The translations under genes and the position numbers were made by a program. 64,000 nt of DNA. Source: Candidatus Doudnabacteria bacterium RIFCSPHIGHO2_01_FULL_46_14. Its GTDB lineage: Bacteria > Patescibacteriota > Doudnabacteria > UBA920 > 2-01-FULL-46-14. Where the stretch lies: contig MFEK01000014.1 of the NCBI GenBank assembly GCA_001779925.1, forward strand, positions 152,168 through 216,167, in the 5' to 3' direction. A model generated the notes under the pieces. It was given only the letters and a program-made list of their open reading frames with translations. It ran no database searches and was not told the origin of the DNA. Shown here one piece after another: positions 56,460 to 64,000 of this stretch (position 1 is the stretch's first letter; every line of letters begins with the position of its first letter).

Positions 56460-57668
56460 GATAAAAAAATGGAAACACAAACACCAATTCAAACACAAAA
56501 CCCTGTGATCATAACCCCACCTCCTCCTGAGGTTCCTCTACTTTCCAAGGAGGGGCCTAGTGAGGTAAAACCGCATCACCACATCACCTCCTGGGTGGCT
56601 TTGGTGATCATTGCTACAATCGCAGCTACGACTGGTTATCTGCTCTGGGCCAAATCTCAGGAAGCCTGGCCGTTTGATTTTGACGGGCCGTGGAGTGAGG
56701 TCAAGAGAATAGGTTCTCAAAGTGAAACTGCAGGGTGGAACATATGCAAGAATGAGGCTTACGGTTTTGAGGTAAAATATCCTCCGAATTGGAAAGTATG
56801 GAGAGTTGGCGCTCCTGAAGCAAGCGTAAGCTCGTGCGAAGTTGGCTTGCGAACTGCAGGATTTTCGCCTAATCTCCTTGAATTGTCTCTTGAAACGATA
56901 CAACAAATTAATGTTGACGTTGATAGCGAGACGGTAAAAACAATCGAAGATTATAGAGCCAAGCACCCCGAGTTTTTCTATTTTAACGAGATAACTCGAG
57001 AGTCCACTATTGATGGACAGAAGCTGTACTGGTTTGGAGAGAGACTAGCGATTACTTTTTACGATGGCAAGATGTTCAGATTTAGTATGATTCAAAACAT
57101 TGACGAGTCAACCCTCAATCTTTTTTTCTCTACTTTTAAATTTATTAAACAGACCCCGAAGGTGAATGCTTCGAATTGGAATGAGTACTACTATGAAGAT
57201 CAGTTTGAGATACGGTACCCTACAGATTTTCGTTTTATTGATGCCGATGATTCAGGTACTTATCATAATAATTTTTTTCCAAATGACGGCATTGTCATGG
57301 GAACAATTTTGTTTCCCGATCAAAAAGGAACAAATCTTTCCAGCGCTTCAATCAGCATGGCCCGCTATGATGGGTATTTGACCGCAGAAGATTGTAAACT
57401 GTATCGCAACGTCGACAAAATTTCAAAAATGACAGAAACAGAAACTGTTGAATATGAGTTTTATAAGGCAACGATAACTGGTGCAGCAGCTGGTACAAAA
57501 GTTACCCAGTATATTTATCGGCTTTACAATAGCAATTGTTTTGAAATTTCCTTGGATATACGCGTAGGCAACATTGCAAATTATGAGACGGGAACAGTTA
57601 ATGAAGTTGATGAAGACACAATCCTGGATCAATTTAAATCTATATTATCAACCGTTGGAATAATATGA
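56454..57668 (+). CDS. Membrane-anchored exported protein with two tandem FE(V/I).YP domains
   Basis: Single TM; WN.....GFEVKYP and WN....QFEIRYP. Confidence 0.7.
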   Translation: MTDKKMETQTPIQTQNPVIITPPPPEVPLLSKEGPSEVKPHHHITSWVALVIIATIAATTGYLLWAKSQEAWPFDFDGPWSEVKRIGSQSETAGWNICKNEAYGFEVKYPPNWKVWRVGAPEASVSSCEVGLRTAGFSPNLLELSLETIQQINVDVDSETVKTIEDYRAKHPEFFYFNEITRESTIDGQKLYWFGERLAITFYDGKMFRFSMIQNIDESTLNLFFSTFKFIKQTPKVNASNWNEYYYEDQFEIRYPTDFRFIDADDSGTYHNNFFPNDGIVMGTILFPDQKGTNLSSASISMARYDGYLTAEDCKLYRNVDKISKMTETETVEYEFYKATITGAAAGTKVTQYIYRLYNSNCFEISLDIRVGNIANYETGTVNEVDEDTILDQFKSILSTVGII

Positions 57669-58534
57669 TCGGCGAAGACATACACGAAAAGAAAATAAAA
57701 AAGCTTGAAAAGATCGCGAACCAGATTCGCGAGGATATTATTGTCGCGCTTCTGAATGCCAAATCTGGTCATTCTGCGGGACCTTTGGGTATGGCTGATG
57801 TTTTTACCGCGTTATATTTTCACGTTTTAAATATCCGTCCCAAACAGCCGAAATGGGAGGATCGCGACCGGCTAACGCTATCGTGCGGGCACATTAACCC
57901 TGTGCTGTACGCTGCTTTGGCCAATGCAGGATATTTTTCGCGTGATGAGTTCCGGAAAACACTTCGCCGGTTTGGTACGCGCCTTCACGGGCACCCGCAT
58001 AACCTTGTGACTCCTGGCGTGGAAAATTCTTCTGGCCCTTTGGGACAGGGGCTGTCGCAGGCGATTGGTATGGCACTTGCTGCCAAAATGGACGGCAAGA
58101 AGCGCCAGATTTACTGCATCATGTCTGATGGGGAACAGCAGGAAGGGCAGATCTGGGAAGCTGTGATGTTTGCCGGCAAAAACCGCCTGGACAACCTCAC
58201 CGCGATTATGGATCGCAATAGCATTCAGATCGATGGCTTTACTGAGGATGTTATGCCGCTCGAGCCTCTGCGTGCCAAATACGAAGCCTTCAACTGGCAT
58301 GTCATTGAAATTGATGGCAATAACATTCGTCAGGTGGTGGAAGCTTGTAACCAGGCTTATGGTATTTACGAGCGTCCGGTTTTGATTATCGCTCACACAG
58401 TACCGGGCAAGGGCGTGGATTTTATGGAGCAGGATTATAAATGGCATGGAAATCCGCCGAATAAAGATCAGGCTGGCGAGGCGCTAAAACAACTGCGCAC
58501 TTTGGGCGGAAAAATTAAATCCGAGCACGAATAA
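57665..58534 (+). CDS. Transketolase N-terminal subunit
   Basis: SGH, RDR..LS.GH, GPLGQG and SDGE..EG..WEA. Confidence 0.95.
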   Translation: MIGEDIHEKKIKKLEKIANQIREDIIVALLNAKSGHSAGPLGMADVFTALYFHVLNIRPKQPKWEDRDRLTLSCGHINPVLYAALANAGYFSRDEFRKTLRRFGTRLHGHPHNLVTPGVENSSGPLGQGLSQAIGMALAAKMDGKKRQIYCIMSDGEQQEGQIWEAVMFAGKNRLDNLTAIMDRNSIQIDGFTEDVMPLEPLRAKYEAFNWHVIEIDGNNIRQVVEACNQAYGIYERPVLIIAHTVPGKGVDFMEQDYKWHGNPPNKDQAGEALKQLRTLGGKIKSEHE

Positions 58535-60274
58535 ATGACTGTATTAGTTTTATTTTTGGTAATTTTTTGTTTGATGTGGATCGCGCGGCTTAGCGGCCGG
58601 TTAAGCGATTTGGAAAAGGAAAGGTCTCCCGCGCAGACAAAACAAGGAGCATCCGCGTCTATAGCACCTTCTATCCCACAGGCGCCGGTCACGCAGCCGA
58701 TGTCTAAGCAGGAAGCCGCTGCTCCAAAGCCGCAAACAGAAAAGCGTGCGGAGGAGGAGATTGCCACCAATTGGCTGACAAGGATCGGGGTAGTGGCCTT
58801 GCTCTTTGGCGTGGGCTTTTTTTTGAAATACGCGATTGACCAAGGCTGGATCAATGAGCTTATGCGCGTCATGATTGGTGTTTCAGTAGGTGTGCTCCTC
58901 ATCATCCTCGGCGAGATATGGAAATCAAAATATCGAGATTACGCGCTCAGCCTTTCCGGCGGCGGAATTGGCATTTTATATTTCAGCGTTACCGCGGCTT
59001 ACCAGTTTTACGGGCTTGTTTCACATGGCGCAGCTTTCGGGCTTGCGATTCTGATCACCCTGGTGGCTGCGTTTTTAGCGTATCGTTATCAGAGCCTGCC
59101 GCTCGCCCTTCTTTCTACTATTGGCAGCTACGCCTCGCCGCTCTTGCTTTATTCTGGCAGAGACCAGCAGATCCAACTTTTTTTTTACATGACGATTCTC
59201 AATATGGGAATACTTACTGTTCTGGTAAAAAAATACTGGTTCGAGCTTTTGTACGTGGCGTTTATCGGCACGGGTTTGAATTTTTTGGTTTGGGTTTTGA
59301 GATTTTCCAATTCCGATAACACCCTGGAAAGCGTAGTATTTTTGCTAACCACTCTCGCCCTATTCTGGGTGATCACTATGCTTCTCCTGCGGCTCCATGA
59401 AACCGAACAACCCCTGCAAAAAAGTGCGGACGACAAGCAGGGTATGTTTATGGTGTTGAGCGCGATTTATTTTGTGATTGCTGTGTTTACCCTGCTTTAT
59501 GGCAATTTCCATCATCGCCTAGCTCTTGTTTCTTTTTTGGAAGCCGCAGTAGCGCTCGTTACCTATCTTTTTGCAGCTAGACAAAACTGGCCTGTGACGC
59601 GTTATACCGCGGCCTTTAGTGCATTTGTGTTGTTCGTAATGTTTAATTTTTGGCAGTTTGACGGAGCAGGAACAGATGTTTCAATTTTCGTATTGGCAAT
59701 AGCAGGAATCTTTGCCGGGGCTTTTCTCGGCAAACCAGAGCTGCGCGTGGCAGGCGTATCAACGCTCTTTTTCGGCATGATCAAGACTTTTGCCAATTCA
59801 TACGAAATGCAATCGTATACCTTTCTTTTAAATGAAAAGTTTTCGCTTTCTGCCTTATATATTGTTGGCGGTTGGATTGTTTCCCGATTCTGGAACCGGG
59901 ATGGTCAAAAAATCAAAGCAATTTCGGCTTTGGCTTTATGGTTTGCAGTAACCTGGGAAATCGTGGCGTATTTCCAGCAATTCCCTGGTTCAGGTAATAG
60001 TTTAAACCTGTCTATCAGTATATGGTGGATTACCTACGCGGTTGTTGTATTGATATATGGGGTGATGATGCGCGACGCGTTTTTCCGCAAACTTGCAATA
60101 ATCTTATTCGGGCTGAGTATAGTGAAAGTTTTTGTTTATGATGTGCAAAGTCTTGACACGGGATACCGCATCGTTTCATTTATAACGCTCGGTGTGATTT
60201 TATTGTCCGTATCATTTGCCTATCACAAAAATAAAGAAAAAATCACGTTTTTTTTGGAAGGTAAAAGCAAATGA
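58535..60274 (+). CDS. DUF2339-like multi-pass membrane protein
   Basis: NWL.RIG...L.FGVGFFLKY and KVF.YD...L...YRIVSF. Confidence 0.8.
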   Translation: MTVLVLFLVIFCLMWIARLSGRLSDLEKERSPAQTKQGASASIAPSIPQAPVTQPMSKQEAAAPKPQTEKRAEEEIATNWLTRIGVVALLFGVGFFLKYAIDQGWINELMRVMIGVSVGVLLIILGEIWKSKYRDYALSLSGGGIGILYFSVTAAYQFYGLVSHGAAFGLAILITLVAAFLAYRYQSLPLALLSTIGSYASPLLLYSGRDQQIQLFFYMTILNMGILTVLVKKYWFELLYVAFIGTGLNFLVWVLRFSNSDNTLESVVFLLTTLALFWVITMLLLRLHETEQPLQKSADDKQGMFMVLSAIYFVIAVFTLLYGNFHHRLALVSFLEAAVALVTYLFAARQNWPVTRYTAAFSAFVLFVMFNFWQFDGAGTDVSIFVLAIAGIFAGAFLGKPELRVAGVSTLFFGMIKTFANSYEMQSYTFLLNEKFSLSALYIVGGWIVSRFWNRDGQKIKAISALALWFAVTWEIVAYFQQFPGSGNSLNLSISIWWITYAVVVLIYGVMMRDAFFRKLAIILFGLSIVKVFVYDVQSLDTGYRIVSFITLGVILLSVSFAYHKNKEKITFFLEGKSK

Positions 60275-60576
60275 GCAGCCACGGCCCGAGCTGGTACAAA
60301 GTTTTTGCTACCGGCCTCGCGATTACCTATCTGTTTTTTCTCATCATGGTTTCGCAGTGCACATTTTCTCTTTCCGATCCAATCTCGCTTTTCAACACAT
60401 TTCTCTGTGTGCTGTACGTCGGATTTTCCTTGCTTTGTTTGATTATGGGGCTGGCAGTATCATTGGTCGGCTTTGAACATGCAAAAAAACAGGGAAAAAA
60501 CCGGGGTTTTTATCTGATGTTGATGGTTTATTTAATCGCAGGTTTGTTTGCCATCATTTTTTATCGCTTCCTATGA
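60271..60576 (+). CDS. Small membrane protein
   Basis: Three TM segments; ATGA-coupled at both ends. Confidence 0.65.
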   Translation: MSSHGPSWYKVFATGLAITYLFFLIMVSQCTFSLSDPISLFNTFLCVLYVGFSLLCLIMGLAVSLVGFEHAKKQGKNRGFYLMLMVYLIAGLFAIIFYRFL

Positions 60577-60818
60577 GTATTCAGATAACGCAAAATGACA
60601 AAAAGGTCATCAGCGCTGCCCTGCTTGCTGTGGTTTTACTCGTCGGACTATTCTATGCGGAACGCGCAAGGAAAGAGCAGTCAAAGAGCGTTAAAAATGA
60701 TATGATATGCATACAGGTCGTCACGAAGGCCCGCAATCCCAAAACTGGAGAGATTCGAGAATTTTCCACTCCGTGTGATGTGCCTGTCGGCTGGATTAAA
60801 TCGGGTATTAATAATTAA
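60573..60818 (+). CDS. Small exported protein with a CIQV...F.TPCDVP.GW motif
   Basis: TM helix plus a Cys pair. Confidence 0.7.
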   Translation: MSIQITQNDKKVISAALLAVVLLVGLFYAERARKEQSKSVKNDMICIQVVTKARNPKTGEIREFSTPCDVPVGWIKSGINN

Positions 60819-60828
60819 TTGACAATTA

Positions 60829-60909
60829 ACCCCGTTAGAAATCTAAGCAAGATCTTTAGCGGCATCTCACGTTTTTAGGACCTCTAGCCACAGAGATTTC
60901 TAACGAGGT
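60829..60909. mobile_element. MITE-like ACCCCGTTAGAAATCT...AGATTTCTAACGAGGT element
   Basis: 16-bp TIR with one mismatch. Confidence 0.75.
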
Positions 60910-61096
60910 GAATCAAAATAAAATGAAAGCAATGAAAAAAAATCTATCGCCGGAATTCTGGGTTACGACCATTGTTCTTGCTGCGTTTATGGCCGGATTT
61001 GTGGTCTGGACAAAGACCGCCGCGTTAGCAAGCGATGATTTTGGCAGCTTTACTTATCATAAAAAACTGCTCCCCAAAAAAGCCAGCAGAAGATAA
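60908..61096 (+). CDS. Small single-TM protein (start uncertain)
   Basis: TM helix; stop abuts the next ATG. Confidence 0.55.
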   Translation: MNQNKMKAMKKNLSPEFWVTTIVLAAFMAGFVVWTKTAALASDDFGSFTYHKKLLPKKASRR

Positions 61097-62083
61097 ATGC
61101 TTAGCGCAAAGGCAAAACTTTCAAAAAAAATTTTTCACGGCGGCATTGATATGTTGCCGACCCGAGATGGGTATGGCCTCGGCTTGGTTTGGCTTGGGGA
61201 AAACAACCCGAACGTTGTTGTATTGACTGGGGATTTGTCAGAGTCAACAAGGTCCAGCTGGTTCGCGGAAAAATTTCCAAAACGGTTTATCGAGGTTGGC
61301 GTGGCCGAGCAGAATATGATGGGCATTGCCGCGGGTCTAGCGCTATCAGGGAAGATTCCGTTTGTCTCCTCTTATGCGACGTTTAACCCTGGCCGCAATT
61401 GGGATCAGTTGCGAGTCTCGGTTTGTTACAGCGGAGCAAACGTAAAAATCGCAGGAGCGCATGCCGGTATTTCAGTGGGTCCGGACGGCGCGACTCACCA
61501 GGCTTTGGAGGATATTGCGATTACGCGCGTCCTGCCCGATCTGGTGGTAATCGTTCCCTGTGACAAAATAGAAGCGCAGAAAGCCACGATTGCTATGGCG
61601 GTAGAGATAAAAGGACCCGCATACATTCGTTTTGGCCGGGAAAAGAGTCCGGTTTTTACCACAGAAGATACGCCTTTTAAAATCGGCCGGGCAGAGGTTT
61701 TTCGGGAGGGAGATGATGTTGCCATCATTGGCAGTGGGATGCTAGTTTATAACGCGCTCCAGGCAGCTGAGGAGTTACATAAAGAAGGGATTAGCTGTCA
61801 GGTAGTCAACAACCATACTATCAAGCCGATTGACCGAAAAACCATTGCTGCGGCAGCTAGGAAATGCGGCGCAGTGGTGACAGTCGAGGAACATCAGATA
61901 AACGGGGGAGCCGGGAGCGCAGTCATCGAGGTTCTCGCTGAGGAATATCCTGTCCCAGTGGAGCGGGTAGGCATGCCTGACAGTTTTGGGCAGTCAGGCC
62001 AGCCGGCGGAGCTCATTGAACATTATGGCATGGGCAAGAGTGCTATAATCAAAGCAGTGAAGAAAGTGTTAAAGAGAAAATAA
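61097..62083 (+). CDS. Transketolase C-terminal subunit
   Basis: GVAEQNM, GPDGATHQ, GPAYIRFGR, TIKPID and EEH. Confidence 0.95.
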   Translation: MLSAKAKLSKKIFHGGIDMLPTRDGYGLGLVWLGENNPNVVVLTGDLSESTRSSWFAEKFPKRFIEVGVAEQNMMGIAAGLALSGKIPFVSSYATFNPGRNWDQLRVSVCYSGANVKIAGAHAGISVGPDGATHQALEDIAITRVLPDLVVIVPCDKIEAQKATIAMAVEIKGPAYIRFGREKSPVFTTEDTPFKIGRAEVFREGDDVAIIGSGMLVYNALQAAEELHKEGISCQVVNNHTIKPIDRKTIAAAARKCGAVVTVEEHQINGGAGSAVIEVLAEEYPVPVERVGMPDSFGQSGQPAELIEHYGMGKSAIIKAVKKVLKRK

Positions 62084-62094
62084 TCTCAATTAAT

Positions 62095-62179
62095 TTCCCC
62101 TCCTTATGAGGAGGGGTTAGGGGAGGTCAAAGTGATTCGCTATGACCCCCTCTCAATCTCCCCCTCATGAGAGGGAGAA
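62095..62179. repeat. Palindromic element, copy of 17649-17731
   Basis: Direct sequence similarity. Confidence 0.85.
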
Positions 62180-62191
62180 GGAAAGGCAAAA

Positions 62192-62932
62192 ATGGAACCG
62201 CCAAAAGTCGGAGAGCTTTTCAAACAAGCCTGGGAAATATTCAAACAAAAAATAAAACCTTTGGTGCTTATTCAACTACCTTCCTTTGTGGTCGGCACTT
62301 TATTCGGCGGGTTTATTGGTTTCGCAGGGTTTGTTGACGTTAATGGTAGATTTGTGATGCCAGCGGTCTGGGACGAGAAAACAATCGCAATCGCGTCGAT
62401 TGGGGGCGTGTTGGCGATCGCTACCTTGGTAGTATCGATCTGGACGCAGATGGCCACAATGGTAGCGATAAAAGATTTAGATACTGTATTGAGTTTTAGA
62501 GAAGCCTACAAACAGAGCTCCGGTCTGATCTTATCGTCTCTTGTAATCTCAATACTAACCGGACTGGCTTTAATGGGAGGGTTTATTCTTTTGGTGATAC
62601 CGGGGATTATTTTCCTAGTGTGGTTTTCTTTTGGAAATTACGTTCTGGTCAACGAAGGCAAAAAAGGCAGCGAGGCTTTACAAGCGAGCAAGGAATACGT
62701 GAAAGGTAATTTTTGGGCAGTACTGGGCAGGTACATTGTGCTCATTTTGGTGGCAATCGTTGTTTTTGCGGTCCCTTCAGGGATTTTGAGCATGACCGGT
62801 TTAAAAATCCTCGAGGATGTCTACACGACAGTTGCGTCCCTGTTTTTTTCACCGCTCGCTGTAATATATACTTTTCTGATGTATCGAAGCTTGCGTGATA
62901 TGAAATTAACCCCAACTCTACACAGTGTCTAA
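62192..62932 (+). CDS. Membrane protein (LLVIPGII family)
   Basis: LL.IPGII...W, AL..S...VKG.FW; about 6 TM segments. Confidence 0.75.
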   Translation: MEPPKVGELFKQAWEIFKQKIKPLVLIQLPSFVVGTLFGGFIGFAGFVDVNGRFVMPAVWDEKTIAIASIGGVLAIATLVVSIWTQMATMVAIKDLDTVLSFREAYKQSSGLILSSLVISILTGLALMGGFILLVIPGIIFLVWFSFGNYVLVNEGKKGSEALQASKEYVKGNFWAVLGRYIVLILVAIVVFAVPSGILSMTGLKILEDVYTTVASLFFSPLAVIYTFLMYRSLRDMKLTPTLHSV

Positions 62933-63917
62933 AAAATACGATCTGATTTCCATAGGCGACACGACGATTGATGCTTTTATTAGACTCCACGAAGCATCAA
63001 TCCATTGCGATATCAACAAAAAGAACTGCCAGATCTGCATGTCTTTTGCTGACAAAATTCCCTACGAAACTCTGGACGTTGTCCCGGCTGTGGGCAATTC
63101 TTCAAATGTCGCGGTTGGTGTCGCGAGGTTAGGACTCAAATCCGCGCCTTTTACTGCTGTAGGCGGCGATGTTTTTGGTAAGCAAATTTTGGATACCTAC
63201 CACAAAGAAAAGGTCAGCACAGAGTTTGTAAAGATTAATCCCAAAGCCCAGACTAATTATCATTTTGTCCTAAATTTTCAAGCAGAGCGAACCATCCTCA
63301 TCAAACATAACGAGTTTCAATATTTTGACGTAAAGAAAATCGGGGACACGCCATGGGTTTATTTTTCCTCCATGCCGCCGAATTTGTTTTCCTTTCACGA
63401 AAAACTAGCAACCTATCTGGTGAAACATCCAAAAATCAAAATGGGCTTCAATCCTGGAAACCAGATGAAACTTGGTGTGGAAAAAATAAAGAAAGTTTAC
63501 CGTCAGACCCATGTGCTTTTTGTGAACCGCGAGGAAGCGCAAAAAATACTGAAAATAAAAAATCCCAACCCAAAGGTTTTATTCGCTGGCCTGCACAAGC
63601 TTGGTCCGAAAATCATTCTCATCACTGACGGTCCGGACGGCTCGTATGTTTCTGACGGCAAAGATGCATTCTACATGCCAATTTACCCTGATCCCAAGCC
63701 GCCGATCTCCCGGACTGGGGCAGGGGATGCCTCTTCAAGCAGTTTTATGGCCGCCTTGATTTACGGATTGTCGCCTGTGGAGGCAGCTCAGTGGGCGCCG
63801 ATCAACAGCATGAATGTAGTTCAGCACATTGGCGCGCAAAAAGGATTACTGACGAAATCCCAACTTTTAAGTCTGCTCAAAAAATCCCCGAAGAATTATT
63901 TGCCGAAAAAAATATGA
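62925..63917 (+). CDS. PfkB-family carbohydrate kinase
   Basis: GNSSNVAVG.ARLG, N.EE, ITDG and RTGAGDA. Confidence 0.92.
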   Translation: MSKKYDLISIGDTTIDAFIRLHEASIHCDINKKNCQICMSFADKIPYETLDVVPAVGNSSNVAVGVARLGLKSAPFTAVGGDVFGKQILDTYHKEKVSTEFVKINPKAQTNYHFVLNFQAERTILIKHNEFQYFDVKKIGDTPWVYFSSMPPNLFSFHEKLATYLVKHPKIKMGFNPGNQMKLGVEKIKKVYRQTHVLFVNREEAQKILKIKNPNPKVLFAGLHKLGPKIILITDGPDGSYVSDGKDAFYMPIYPDPKPPISRTGAGDASSSSFMAALIYGLSPVEAAQWAPINSMNVVQHIGAQKGLLTKSQLLSLLKKSPKNYLPKKI

Positions 63918-64000
63918 AAAAATATATCGGAATCGTACCCCTGATTTTAAGTCTCGTGATGTCCTATCAAGCTTTCTACTCGCGCGATGCAAGCGCTGAT

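Noticed and set aside
1-64000. Stop-codon reassignment explaining the broken small ORFs
   Set aside because: Core genes end normally with TAA, TAG and TGA and have no internal stops.

Overview
Bacterial chromosome segment using the standard code, most consistent with a CPR/Patescibacteria (Parcubacteria-like) genome: rpmD/L30 is absent between rpsE and rplO, core genes mostly lack SD motifs, and metabolism is patchy. Gene content includes a 5'-truncated leuS with an inserted alpha/beta-hydrolase domain, tsaC, glyA, a membrane-anchored Clp-type ATPase, tRNA-Leu(CAA), purB/purE, an orphan parB and tRNA-Pro(GGG). It also holds the str-S10-spc ribosomal cluster, split by a 3.8 kb accessory island between fusA and tuf, then secY-adk-adk-map, msrA, htrA, ruvX and a sugar-phosphate cluster (galT-like, tpiA, rpiB, rpe, split transketolase, pfkB). 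The most unusual signals are: (1) an array of orphan ORFs at about 32.0-33.3 kb, each preceded by a conserved RNA hairpin leader plus a strong SD; (2) a promoter-driven unit with a tRNA-like cloverleaf that has a 6-nt anticodon loop; (3) an EF-G with NKxN in place of NKxD and a remodelled G5 motif; (4) several families of small inverted-repeat elements that sit in-frame in core genes, bracket the LeuRS domain insert, or end exactly at start codons of ribosomal genes; (5) small genes broken by single frameshifts or stops. No CRISPR array, transposase or integrase was seen. All calls come from reading motifs by eye; no searches or folding computations were run.
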